From Paraspadella gotoi (Eukaryota > Animalia > Chaetognatha), in NCBI GenBank assembly GCA_051294375.1, contig CM119263.1, positions 6,611,645-6,675,644 of the forward strand: a DNA stretch of 64,000 nt. The letters are read 5' to 3'. The notes under the pieces are model-generated. The model worked only from the letters and a program-made list of their open reading frames with translations, was not told where the DNA came from and did no database searches. The translations under genes were made by a program, and so were the position numbers. This document shows, in pieces, positions 27,333 through 40,402 of this stretch; position 1 is the stretch's first letter, and each line of letters starts with the position of its first letter.

Positions 27333-27659
27333 AAAGTGATTTTCATCTCGACGAAGAACTCAAGAAGACAAATTGCGAAAATTTTAAGAAATATTTTGAC
27401 CTTTTTGCTATTTATTACGTACTAACAATTTTTAAATTTTTTATAAAGTTCTTATCATCTTCCTCTAATTCATCTACCTCATTCCAAGCGCGCTCTCTCT
27501 CTCTTACTCTCTCTCTACCTCTCTCCCTCTCAAACACACACAACCCTGCGCGTGTCGCCATGCACCCATGCAACTAAATGAATTTCCGCGTGCGATCGCC
27601 ATGCGCCGCGCGGATTTGACGGCGCTTGCGTCCTGACCTCCGACCTCTTGACCCCTGAC

Positions 27660-28387
27660 CTCAAAATCGGGTCGAATTGGTATCGACAGTCGGGATGGTG
27701 ACACTTGACGCTGATGAAGTCGACCGAGGGGGCTGGGCCGCCGGGGGCGGGGAACAGCCTCTGGGACACGGGGCCCATCGGCTTGGGCTGTTTTGGGGGT
27801 GGGTAGCGATCCGTGGGCACCGCTGAGCGAGGGGAGGGATGGTAGATGGCCCGAGCAAGATGATTTGAAGAATGAGACTTTATTGTTTTTAAATTCAATT
27901 TTTTCTTAAATATTTATGAAATAATTCATTTTTATCTTTCTCATTCTTTCTCTTTTTAATTTAACTACAAAAGCAACAACTTGGAAAGAAAAAATATAAA
28001 AGTCTCCAGTGAATAAGTTTCCCCAAATTATTTATTACAATCGATATTTGTTATTCTATTATTTTTTTCACTCGCGTTCGCCTTTCCCTTTTGTTTTCGG
28101 CTGCGACCACGATTCGAACCTGCTCTGACGTTTTGCGGCGCCACCGGCAGAGGTCTCCCTTTAGGTCCCCAATCCCACTCGCCCGCCTCGAGGCAATCCC
28201 AAAAATGGGGCAGGAGACGATAACCCATCGTGGGCGGGATGTCGTCAGCTTCGACGTTGGTAACGGAAGCTGCTCCAGAGGCGGCAGCGGCAGCGGAAGC
28301 GGCGCCAGAGTTGGAAGCTGCGACCGACGCTCTTTTGGGCGCGGCGACCAAAGTGGTCGAAACATTTGCGGTCGGCTTTGTACTCAT
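27660..28387 (-). CDS. Two coding exons, probably the 5' end of gene B (or a separate small gene)
   Basis: Exon 28387-28120 (ATG; MSTKPTANV..LLPHFWDCLEAGEWDWGPKGRPL..NVRA, phase 1) splices in frame to exon 27822-27660 (VPTDRYPPPK..KCHHPDCRYQFDPIL, phase 2). The link to the next exon (~26390-26210, QFDFDPRL..DDDYSDDDEDE) is not resolved. Confidence 0.55.
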
Positions 28388-29362
28388 GTTGTTAATTTAA
28401 GTTTCTTACATTAATTTATAATCTGTTAAAATATTCGAAATCAGTCTGTGACTATTATAATTTTTACTTGCATGAAGAACGATAAAAATGTTTTGATAAT
28501 ATCATGATAAGTCAGTGATTTGAATTTCTTTAAAATAATCATCCAAGAAAGCCGTTCCCTTTTTTCTTTCTTTTTTTTTAATGTTTTTGTCGATTTAGTT
28601 GTGACCTCGAAGTTAATGGAATGACAAAAATCCGCCACAATAAATTTCCGTCAGTTTTTTTCGTCACTTTCAGAAATACTATTCGCTTATTCGCATTGTC
28701 CGCTTTTATTTCATGTTATTTCATGGTTCCCTACTCTGTTTTATTATTTTTTTCCCAACATATCATACATCAACTTACCACTTAGTTACGCACTTTCTTC
28801 GATACGAAAATCCTGTTCGCCAAAGTCAAAACTAATGGTTCTTCATTCTCCAGATGTACATAAGCAGTAGAATTTTTAAGAATATTTTTTTAAAAGTTTG
28901 GAGGTAATAATTTAACTAAAAATAATCTCTGTTAAATACGAATTGAGCCTATTATTGACATCCTGAAAAGCAATATAGTTACAGTCTCTCTGACCAGCGG
29001 AAGCTTCTATATCTTTATGTTAAAATGAAAACGTTCGGTGTTTTTTTTTTTATGTACTTTTTATTTTCCTTCGTAACATAATAAACAAAAAGTTACACGA
29101 AAAAAATGGCGAAACCGGGGAAAAAATAGTTTCGCCGAAGTCACTCGGTATAACAGGTTTTGGCTTTTAATCGTGCGAAAAATAATATTTTATTAAGATT
29201 ATTAAGATTTTTAGGAATCTAATCTGGCTAATCTGTCAAAATACAGTAGTTGATTTAGTAAATTATCAATTGAGAAAAGCTTAAACAGCAATCCCACTTA
29301 GGAAAAGCCAAAAACCTTAGGAAGAAATCCAGGAAATCAAAAAAACGACGGAACAAATCAAA

Positions 29363-29365
<3 letters not shown>

Positions 29366-29432
<67 letters not shown>
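29366..29432. repeat. (GA)n microsatellite just 3' of gene A stop
   Basis: Visible. Confidence 0.95.
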
Positions 29433-29436
<4 letters not shown>

Positions 29437-29557
29437 AGTGAATGTGAGAGACATGGAGATAGTATTCAACGCCGGGAATGGAAGTGGCAGAGCCGACGAG
29501 GAGAGAGATATAATTGCGAGAAAGAGATTGATAGAGAGTGAGACGGAGGCGACATTC

Positions 29558-32500
29558 TCACGACTTGCTCAGCCTCTCCATGTCCATATTCTTGACGATG
29601 ACTTCCCCGTCAAAGTCCTGGACGCTAATCTCGCCGTCCCTGACCTCGACCATCTGGACTCCGTCGGCGTTGCAGATGGTGACGCGATTGTTGCCGACGG
29701 CGACTTTCTCGTCGATCCCGTGATTCTTGATCCATGTGTCGCCTTTGGAAATCTTGACGATGTTGACTCCTTTCACGTTTTTGATGAGGATGGTTCGCTC
29801 GTTCTCCACTTGCATCTCTTTTCCGTCGAGAAGGCGACTGATCTCTTTTCCCTTTTCGTCTTTCACGCTCACGTCGCCCTTGATGGTCATCGTGGGAGAA
29901 GAGGGTTCCTTTTTCTTATCCCCGTTCGTCGTCGTCGTCGTTTCCGTAATCAGCGCCGCCAACGGCTTCTTCCTCACGTCCTCGGCCTCGTCCTCGCTCC
30001 CGCTGGAGAGGTCGGCTAGCTTCTCCTTGACCTCCTTGATCTTGGGCAGAGAGGCGAACTTGGGCATGCCGGGCACGCCCCGCTTGGGCGACTTCCCGCG
30101 CAGCTTGCGATCCTCGTCGTCGTCGGGTATCTTGGCCTGTTGGGCTCTCTTTTCGATCTTGCGTTCGATGGACTCCTCGATGTCGACGTCCTCCAACTCT
30201 TTGGCCAACTCCTCGGCCTCGCGGATGAGCCTCTCCGATTCCGCCAACGCCTTCCTTCTTCGCTCCGCCTCCGCCTTCTTAGGTTCGTCGTCGTTGTCCT
30301 CCAACCACTTCTGTTCTTCCTCCAACATCTGAGAGAAGAACTCGGCGTCCTGCGTCTTTCGTCTCTCGTCCATCTCCGCCATCTTGCGTTCGTGTTCGGC
30401 CTCCATGCGGCGAAGTTCCTCGTCGTCGGAATCTAGATAATCCGGAGAAGGAGATCTTTTCGGCGACGTCGTCTCCGTCATCGTCGCCGCGCTCGTCGCT
30501 GTCGTCGTCGTCGTCGTCGATGAAGTGGCTTTTTTATTGGCCTCCGAAGCGAACAACTGCTCCGTGAAGGAGTCGGTCATTTGGAAGCACTCTTGCTCGA
30601 ACATTAGGCGCTCCTCTTGGGCGCGCTTGGCCTTGGCTCGCTCCTCTTCTGCATCGAAGGCGGCTTTCGGCGGCGGCGGCTTCGAACTCGGCGTCGTGGG
30701 CGTCGGTGGCGTCGTCGGCGTCGAGGGTTTCATCGCGCAAACGTCGAATCCGACGGAAGACGTTTGCGGCGATTTGCTGCTTCGACGCTGATTCTCCTGC
30801 GCTTCTAGCTGCAGCAGTCGCATCTCCTCCATGTGCTGCTCTTCCCTCTCCATGTTTCTCTTCTTCTCCTCCTCCAGCATGTCCCTGAGGTGCGCCCTCT
30901 TCTGCGCTTTGATCGCCGAAGAATCCTGCTTTTCCTTGATGAATTGTGCTTCCTCCGCCAGGCGTTTGGCCCGAAATCGCTCTTCGTCGGACAGGCGCGC
31001 CTGACGGTCTTCCTCTTCCTTCTTTTTCCTCTTTTCTTCCGCGATGGATTTGAGTCTTTCCTCGAAGAAAGAAGCTTCGTCCAATTGACCCAATTCCAAC
31101 ATTTCCTTCATTTTCTTCTTGTCCTTTTCCTCTTCCTCCACAGCCCTCATCTTCTCTTGCAACGCATCCATCTCTTTCTTGAGCCGAAGCTTCTCCGCCG
31201 CGATCCTCTCCGCCTCTCTCCTGGCTTCTTCCTCTCTTCTCCTCTTCTCTTCTTCCTCCCTTCTCTTTCTCTCCTCCTCCTCTCTTCTCCTACGCTCCTC
31301 CTCTTCTCTTTTCTTCCTCTCTTCCTCCTCTTTCCTCTTTCTCTCCTCTTCCTCCTTCCTTCTTTTCTCTTCTTCCGCCCTTCTCTTCCTTTCCTCCTCT
31401 TCCCTCTTAATTCTCTCTTCCTCTTCCCTCTTTTTCCTTTCCTCCTCCTCCTTCCTCTTCTTCTCCTCCTCTTCCTTCCTAATCCTTTCCTCTTCCTCTC
31501 TCCTCACCCTCTCCTCCTCCGCCCTTACTCTCTCCTCTTCCTCCCTCTTCTTCCTCTCCTCTTCCTCCTTCATCGCCTTCTCCCTCTCCGCCTTCTTCAC
31601 CGCCTTCTTTCTTCTCATTTCCTCCTTTTCCGTAATCATCTCCGAGGCGATGTTGTTCGACTCTCCCGCCTTCAGGAAATCCAGCAGCTTCATATTCTCC
31701 GTCTTCTTCTTGAGCAGGGACTCGTTCGCCTTTTTCTCGATCCTCTTCCTCCTCTCGTCTTCCGACTCGCTCGATGATTGGTCCTCAGCCGTCGCCCGCT
31801 CCAGCGCGTGGAGAATCTTCTGCGTCTCCTTCATCTTAGCCTTGGCCTCCAAGACTCGCTCCTCTTCGCTCATCAGCTCCTCATCGTCCTCCGGCTCCAC
31901 TTCCTCCTTCTTCTTAGCCAACTCCTCCCTCATCTTCTTCCTCACCTCCAACTCTGCGGCCCTGACCTTTTTGGCAGCGGCGTCGTCGTCGCTGTCGTCG
32001 TCGTCGGCGAGCAGCATCAACTTCCTGGAGAGACGCTTCTCCATCTCGTTCTTCTCGTCGAAGGCGGCGGCTTCCTCGATGGTCATGACGACGACTTCGC
32101 CGGCGACGATGCGGACCTCCATGTCGCGACCTTCCATCTCCGCCTTTTGTTTGATGGATTCGACGTTCTCGACTCCGGCTTCTTGCTCAGCGTACATGAG
32201 CATGAGGTCCTTCTCTGCCTCGACGGCGACTCTGGGCACCCGCTTGCCGATGTCGCGCGCGGCTTCCTCGCGCCGATGACGCTTGAGCATATCGTCGATC
32301 TTGGTGCAATTGGCGGCGATGCTGGAGTCGGCGTGGAACTCTTCCTCGCCGCCGTCCGGGTCGGCCCGCTTGAGCAAGGTGCGCCCGAAGACGTCGCTGT
32401 CCTCGTCGTCGGCGCTCTCCGAGGCTGAGCGCGGCGCCGAGCGACGGAGGAACCGCGACTTTTTCTTGCCGAACGACGCCGCTTTTCGCTCGGATGGCGG

Positions 32501-35500
32501 CGTCGATGTCTCGGCGCTCTCCGATCCGTTGTGTTCCAACGGATAAATGTGGCTGGGCGCCTTGCGCGTCTTGTAGTTGTAGCCGCTGGAGTATTTGAGG
32601 ACGGATTTCCCTTCGATGTCGAGGACCGGCGCCGGTTCAGTCGCCGCCTCTTCCGGCATTATCGGTCCCGGCGTCTTCCGGCGACTCACGTCGATAGTCG
32701 CGTGCGTGAGATTCTCGTCAAACTCTTTGCGCAGGCGCGAGTATCGCTCCTCCATCGTTTGCTGCGGCGAAAGGAGGAAAGGAGGTGGGGGGGGGAAATA
32801 GTTAGTTGGACTTGAGAAGAATGTATCAGAGAAATTAACGTTTAATATCGAATGATCGAAAATTTTCTTTTTCCTTTTCTTAAATTAAAATTAATTAAAA
32901 TTAATTAATTTTTTAATTAATTAATTAATTAAAATTACAATTTTCTTTTTCCTTTTCTTAAATTAAAATTAATTAAAGTTAATTACTTATTTATTAATTA
33001 ATTAATTAAAATTATCCAATTATTTAATAAAATAATCATCTTGCCTCTTGATTTTAAACGGCTTATGTTAAGTTAAGGCCTAGTATATCCATCTTCCAAG
33101 ATTTATATATGTTATAAAAAAGATAATTCACGTCTCATTACTGTTTATTTTCCTCATTTTCAATGAAACCCTCTCCCAAACCCTCGCCCTTCCAACTCGC
33201 CTCACCTCAAAATTCTTGTACATGTCGGTTGTGCCGCCAGGATCCCGATCGGGTCGTCCGGGCGAATTTCCAACGCGCCTCAACGTCCTCGTCATGACGG
33301 GCGCCTCCTCGTCCGAGTCGAAGCCGGGGGATCCGCGGCCTCGACGAGGCGATTGGAGGTGCGTCACCGGCGCGCTGCTCATCAGCGGCGCCGCTCCGCC
33401 ATAGAGGCGTCCGCCTCCGCCTCCGCCTCCGCCGCGACGACCCTCCACGAAATCCTCGCGACGAACTTGGGTGGAGCGCATCTGCGCCCGTCCGCCACGA
33501 GGGGGTCGTTGCTGCAGCATCTGCTGTTGCTGCGCCTGGCGTTGTTGCTGCATGTACTGTTGTTGTTGACGGTATTGCTGCTGAAACGGATCCATGGGAG
33601 GCTGCTGCCGCTGCGGTTGTCGAGCGTACTGCTGCTGCTGCTGTTGCTGCAGGTGGTACTCTCGATCGTGGGAGCGGCGCGGACCGCCAAAATTCGGGTC
33701 CGGAAGGTGGCGCTGGCGGAGCATTCGCGGCGAAAGATGTTGGGACGCGTTTTGGCGGTCGTAGTTGTTGTATCTTTGGGAGAAGAAGAGAGAGACGGAG
33801 ATGTGAAGGGGAGGAAAAGGACGAGAGGGAGAGAGAGAGATTGAGAGGAGGGGGAGGAAAAGAGGAAAGAACTGACAAGTGCCGTTTTTTAGATTTTTTC
33901 AAGGATTAACCAAAAAAAAAAAGTTTACATAAAGTGACAGTTTTATTTCTCAATTATATTTAATATTATAGATGGAAAAAAAAAACGCCAAACGTTTTCT
34001 TCGTTTAATTTACCGACGTCTTTGAACAAAAAAAATGGAGATTTTTCTTTTCTTTTCTGAACTACTTCATTTAATCTCGTTCTGTTACAAGACTATTTCG
34101 CAGCACGATTTCGTAGATTTACGAAATAATTCACGATCACTGTGAACGGTGTGAAGTCTCACATTTCTCGAGTATCACTATCGTGGTACAAGAAAGCTCA
34201 ACTCGCCCATCAGAAATCCCGCTTCAGGCTCTCTAATTCATTATTCACGTTCGCCCTCCGCTCACCGATCACAAATCACAGTATCTCCCGCCCATAAAAA
34301 TTCCGACTTACGGCGACGGTTCGGCGAAGTCCTCTTCTCCGCCCACGAGCTCTTCCACCTCGCCCTTGCCCCACCTCTGCTCCAACTTGGAGGAGAGGGG
34401 GTTGGGTCGGGGCTGAGGGGCGGCCCCAGCGGGCGGCGGGGGCGTGGGGTCTGCGGCGCCGTTGACGCGCGGCAAAGGAGCGGCACCCTGAGCGGGGCTC
34501 TGCATCTTGGTGAGCGCGTTGCGGCCTCGAGGCTTCGACAGATTCGCGTACTGGTAGAGCAGCTGCTGACGGCCGTTGACCCCTGTGGGGGATTTTGGAG
34601 GAAAAGAGTTGTAGTTCTCTTCTTTTCTTCTCTTTTGATTCCCTTTTCTTTTCTCTTCTTTTCTTTTCTTTTCTTTTCTTTTCTTTTCTTTTCTTTTCTT
34701 TTCTTTTCTTTTCTTTTCTTTTCTTTTCCTTTCTTTTCTTTTCTTTTCTTTTCTTTTCTTTTATTTTCTTTTCTTTTCTTTTCTTTTCTTCGCCCCCCAC
34801 AAAATCCTATTTTTTCTTCTCTCCATCCACTCACCCAACGCCTGCGAGTTTTCGTAAAGCGTCACGTCATCCATGAGTCTCTTCTGATTGGACGCGGGCA
34901 CCGCGTCAAAGTCCACGTGGTCCACGGGACCGTACCCTCCGCCGCGGACTGGAAAGGGAAAAAAAATCATATATATAAGATAATTACAAATTTACAATCT
35001 TATAAAATATAATTATTTCAATAATTGCGAAATCAAAAGTTCACGCGACTCACCCGCCATGGCGTCTCTGTGGGCGTGGTCGGCGAGGTGAGTTCGGTTC
35101 GACTGCGCGGCGACTTCTTCCAACAGACGAAGGTGAGGTTCCGCCTCTGGATTAGACGGTTCCTGCGATAAAGACAGAAAAATAAAGATTAGGAACCGAG
35201 TGAACGATGTGATCAATTTGATACGTTTATCAACGTATTGAATCTGTCATTAAGAATCAACGAGCATTGAACGGAACGTCGACGAAGACAACGACGACAA
35301 CAACGACGAAATAGATTCGATACCAAAAGCTGATGGAAGTGACTCCCGCCGAGGTCTGCCCAAATTTTAGAGTCCAAAGCCTGTTGTCCACGGGACAAGG
35401 CCAGTTCGGTCAAACTGATGCAAGTGAAGATTTGGGGAAAAAAAGATGGAGATCAAATAGAAGGAGAAAAAAGAAAAGGGAAAGAAAGAAAGTGTAAATT

Positions 35501-36629
35501 AAAATAGGAGATACAAAAAGAAAACAAAACTCTGACCCGACTAATTTCTAATTGAAAATGGTAATTCAAGCTCCTCGTGCATTCGGAGCGCCACGCGGTA
35601 AACAAATGGGGGAACAAAAAGTATTATTTCAAATTTTAGATTCTAAAAAAAAAAAAAAAACCATGCGAAATCCTCGGGCGGCAAATTCGTTAGTGAATTG
35701 AAGACTCAAACATTGACGGTCATCCTTTGGGAATTTAAAAAAAAAAGTATTCGATCCCAATGATGAAAACTCATTTTTTCGAGATGCGAAAGTCGATCGA
35801 GTCGATCGAATCTCCGAAGAGAAACAAAAAAAAACATTCGAAAAAACAAAAACAAAAGGGAAACGAATTCTAATCCTAAAATTAAAATAAAGTTCGAGCG
35901 AAAAACAGTAAAACTTCATCTCAAAACGAATGAGTCGCCGTTGAAGACTAATGACAGGATGACTAATTCTTCTTTGCTTAATGTATCCTCGGCAAAGCGC
36001 ACCCTTCGCTTATGCAGCCTCAGCAAAGCGCACTCTTTGCTTGTGCAGTCTCGGCAATGCACACTCTTTGCTTGTGCAGTCTCGGCAAAGCACACCCTTT
36101 GCTTCAGCAGCCTTGGCAAAGCACCCCCTTCGCTAAGGCAGCCTCGTCAAAGCGCACTCTTTGCTGAGGCTGCCTCGGCAAAGCGAATAATTCGCCTCTT
36201 CAAAGCGCGCCCTTTGACGAGGCTGCCTTGGCGAAGTTCATTATTTGTTTCTGCAGAATCATTGAGTCTACCCTTTGCTTGGGCAGCTTCAGTAAAGCGC
36301 ACTCTTTGCTTTGGCTGCCTAGGCGGAGCATTCATTATGCTTTGACAGCCTCAGTAAAACGCAATCTCTTCGACGGCTTGGACATCTTCTTCCGCGACTT
36401 CTTTCTTTAACAACAGTAACATCCGCAAGGGTAAAGAGGCATGCATCTTAATATCGCGCCTTAAGCCCCCTGGAGGCCGAACGACTCACAATCGCGGATC
36501 GGGCAAGGCTGAAGGGCCGGACGGGCCGCTTCCCGACGCCCCCAACCGCGCCTCCCTCGGCGACGCCGGCGCCGCGTTGTCGTCCCAGGGTCTCGTCTCG
36601 TCTCGTTTCCGGTTTCGACGCCGCGACAT
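29558..36629 (-). CDS. Gene A: uncharacterised ~1498-aa protein with Q-rich region, YKNFE/YSSGY motif block, long E/K/R single-alpha-helix/coiled-coil region and beta-rich C-terminal domain
   Basis: Phase-compatible GT-AG exons 36629-36490 (ATG MSRRRNRK..), 35414-35324, 35162-35054, 34948-34835, 34582-34312, 33773-33206, 32761-29558; total 4497 nt = 1499 codons including stop; last exon contains the 1065-aa ORF. Confidence 0.85.
34650..34790. repeat. (TTTTC)n microsatellite in gene A intron
   Basis: Visible. Confidence 0.95.
35985..36370. repeat. 31-bp minisatellite with internal palindrome, in gene A intron 1
   Basis: Units such as ctcggcaaagcgcactctttgcttgtgcagt; about 6 clear units (35988-36185) then degenerate ones. 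Confidence 0.85.
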
Positions 36630-39600
36630 CGAAATCTCTGAATTCTAGAACCTCGCGATTTTGGATAAGCAGAAATTTGGAAATGTAAAAAGATTATGAG
36701 AGTTAACCATATAAATAAATCTGTTCAATCAATATATCATTGGTCTCGATCAAATTTCATATCCTAGCTTGGGCTTAATACGCATATTTTCGATTCAACT
36801 CGTCTAAATTATATTTAAAAAAATCAATTATTGCTGCTTGACCGGATAGCGCAGTTTTGAGTTAAAAAAATACATCGGAGAAAACTGGGATAACTGAAAA
36901 CAAAATAGAGAAAGGTCTTCAAATCATGATTTAACTTTACAATCCGCTATCACTTTTACGAATCTCACGTGTTGTGAATCTTAACCAGAAATCGCGAGAA
37001 GCCTCGCATTATTTCAATCGCTCTCACGTGAGGCTGAGGTGAATCGCTTTTCACTTTTGTCAGTCGACGAATCCGATGATCGAAAATTCAGTCGGAAAAC
37101 AGTGAAACCGGCGGCCGAGGAGATAATCGACTGAAGAGGTTGAAGAGAATGATGATAATGGTGATGATGGTGAAGATGATGATGACAACGATGATGACGA
37201 CGATGAAAATGAGCCCAGTGTCGATCGCTCTCACAACCACCGACGCGTTTGAGACTCCGGTCGACGGTCTCTTTGCCATAAGCATGGGCAAGTGGCAAAA
37301 ATGGCAAATGGTAAAAGAGAATAACGGCAAAGACAATTGTCGTGGAAAATCTTTTGCTTGTTTAAAAGGTGCGGTGTCGGTGACCATCGACAACATTCGC
37401 CTATTATGGCCACAAAAAAAATGACTCACCTTCAAATCGTAGAAAGTTTAATCCGATTTAGTTTATTTAAAATATCTATTTTATTTTTTTTTTTTAAGTT
37501 TTAATAAAAAGTCTTTTTTTTTTCTGAAGGACGAATCGACGGCAGCGGAGTTTTTCTTCGGGACGACCCGTTGGAGGCGAACGCGGACGTAGTTGTGGAT
37601 CGGCCGGGCGATCGGGGATCGAGAGATGCGAAGAGCGGAAGAGATGGAGAGATGGGCGGAGCGGCGCCCGATTGGTCGACGGGCCCATCGGCCGAGAGTA
37701 ATGTGGAGGAGAGAGCTCGAGATCGGGGATGATCGCAGAGCGGAGGTGTGGTCGGAGACTTTGCGGGTTCTAGACCGGGACGAGCCAGAGTTAGATTTGA
37801 AGATAACGATTACGTTGCACTAAATTGACTCATCTAATATAATTCAATCGAATTGATCTTCTAAAATGGTGCTGGGTAAAATTAGGAATAAAAACGATAA
37901 TGAAGAAAATCACGACAACAACATCGACGGTAGAAATCGGTCCTCCGAAGATGACGAGACCGGAGTCCGTCCACAAGAGAGAGAGAGAGAGAGAGAGACG
38001 TCTCATGGGGGTACATGAGCTAGTACTATCCGGGCAAAGTTAAAAAATTTTACGAAACGAAGAATAATAATCGACACCTATATTGATGAAAGACAGAATG
38101 AAATTAGAATAATCTAGCAATAATAATAATAATATGAAAAACATTGTTTTATTATTACATTTAAAATTTTACAAATTGTATTTTTTCTAAGATCGAAGCG
38201 GCGAAATTTCTAAACATACGAAGCGTAAAAATTAAATTCAAGTTGTTAAAAAAGGCGCCATTCTCCGACCCCATGAGAGCGACCCACGTTGTTCTCTCTC
38301 ACGTTTCTACTTTTGTGTAGACAAAGAGTTTGTGTTTCTCAATTTTTGTAAACACGTTCTTCCAATTTCGTCTCCCTCCCAGGGGCGGTTTTCTTTTTTA
38401 CATTTTGGTATGAAGTGATGTGAGGCAACGGACATTGGGAGATGCTTCAAGTCGTCGTCGTCGTCGTCATCGTCCTTCATTTTCTAGAGAGAGTTGTTCT
38501 TTAGGTCGGGACAACGTCGCAGACGAAAGACCGACGTTTGTTTTGTCATTTCCTAGTCAAACTTTATCGATCTCAGTCAAAAACGAGGATAAAAAACGAA
38601 AGTAATTAATTTTAAAATGATTTTTAATAGTTTACAAAATGGAACTTTATAAGATTGTGGCTATCAGCATTTAAAAATCCTAACAAGGCAAATTTTTTTA
38701 AGGGTTTCTTAGTGTTTCATCCTTTTCCTATGACTGAAATAAATAAAAGCATTTAAGTTTTAAATCGTAAAGAAATTTAACTTATTCAAAAATTAAAAAT
38801 CCTATTTGAAATCCTTTCGTTCCTCTAAAATCGGACTCCGGGACGGCGATCGATCGCTCTGAGGGTCTGCGGCCAATTTAACTTGAACCCGAAATGTAGG
38901 CCGAGGCTCGTTGCTCATTGGTCAGTTGCATGCAACAAGTTGTATCAAACTGTGGCGATAGAATAAAATGAATTCAATGATTTTCACTAATTTAATTTTT
39001 TTAAATTTTGACACTGAAACGAGATTTAATCTTTCTTACCTTTTACTTTTATTGAGAACTAGCTAGAAAATTAACGTCAGTTAAAAAGGTATACTAAGTA
39101 AACTAACATTCTCTCTATATTTTTTTACTATGTTATTCTTGAAGTAAAACTTCATCATCAACGTTTGAGGGGATGACACCAAGCAGCGAGTGCGAACTCC
39201 CTGAGCAAAGTAGGGTGTGGCATTCCGCACGCGAAGCGGATGCAGAAACCAAAGAGACATCGTATCTCAGAATTCGAATATTTAAATAGGAGAATTACTT
39301 AACAAAGTTAAAGACACGACTTTGATATAAAGAGAATTAATCTTTTTTGGATCTCAAGTTCCTTCTTAAGCAGGTAGGAAACCCATTCAGAAAATCTAGC
39401 CTTTTATTTACGATTTGTAATACATATCTCATTTTGTTCCGCGTGACAATTCCTTCTCCCTTTTGATCCGATATGTTTAACCAAAAACTAAAACAGAAAC
39501 GATTTAAATTCGATGCGGGTCATTGATTTTTTTTTTAAACTAAAGTCAAAGTAAGCACATTTTCCCACGATTACAATAAAACTTTGAAGTATTTTTTGCC

Positions 39601-39990
39601 CATGTAACTCCATTTCAAAGATATAAGTTCACTACAGTTGATAAATAACCTATTCAATGTTCATTGAAACAAATTCAAAAAAATTAAGAAACTTAAGGTT
39701 GATAATAATATAAAATTTTACAAAGGGCAATCCCGCAATGAGATGAAGCAGAACGACTTCGGGATTCAGTTTATTGAAAACTCACAAAACTTTTCTAAGA
39801 TAATACTTAAAAACCGCAAAAGGGCGAAAATGAAAGAAAAATCTAAAATCTAAAAAAAATCATTGATCAAAAATCATTGATTAAATATATTTTTGTTTCG
39901 CGAAAATTTCAGCAGCATCGACCAAATGACTTTGGAGGGTAAGATGTAATTTTGTATTATGGTGGACTAAAATCCACCAACCGTTCATCA

Positions 39991-40190
39991 GCGGCCATTG
40001 GTGCCGGAGGCAAGTCATTGGCCTCCCAACCCAAAGGTCCGGGGTTCTAGCCCGGTGGTCGTCTGGCAGTTAAGAGGGACGGGGCGCTTAACCTGCCTGT
40101 AACATGGTGTTACAGCCTGATCCGAAGCTCAGGGACTGCTTATATTGAACGGTTCTGTCATTAACACATATCAATAATTACTGTCTCTTC
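39991..40190 (+). mobile_element. tRNA-derived SINE-like element / tRNA-Gly(CCC)-like pseudogene (tRNA head 39991-40063)
   Basis: Acceptor stem GCGGCCA/TGGTCGT pairs; A-box-like TGGTGCCGGAGG; anticodon loop CTCCCAA with one stem mismatch; T-arm CCGGG-GTTCTAG-CCCGG; no oligo-T terminator, continues into a ~130-nt body. Confidence 0.6.
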
Positions 40191-40316
40191 AGTATCTAGT
40201 TTGTTTGTTTCTGTTCGTTTGTTTCTCATAATTCTAAGCTATGAATACAAAAAAAGATCTATAATTTAACCCCAACTACCCGACAAAAATCGAACGTATT
40301 AAATTATTATCGTTTC

Positions 40317-40317
<1 letters not shown>

Positions 40318-40399
<82 letters not shown>
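40318..40399. repeat. (ATT)n microsatellite
   Basis: Visible. Confidence 0.95.

Positions 40400-40402
<3 letters not shown>

Noticed and set aside
29438-32428. Long + strand ORFs (193-386 aa) overlapping gene A
   Set aside because: Antisense shadows of a GC-rich, E/K/R-biased coding exon.
35985-36370. CRISPR-like array (palindromic ~31-bp repeats)
   Set aside because: Units are head-to-tail with no unique spacers, there are no cas genes, and the context is a eukaryotic intron.
38000-38280. Inverted ctcatgggg/ccccatgag around an AT-rich core
   Set aside because: Only ~9-10 nt of complementarity and no TSD; could be chance.
39991-40063. Functional tRNA-Gly gene
   Set aside because: Anticodon-stem mismatch, atypical D-arm and T-loop, and no oligo-T terminator; treated as SINE head or pseudogene.
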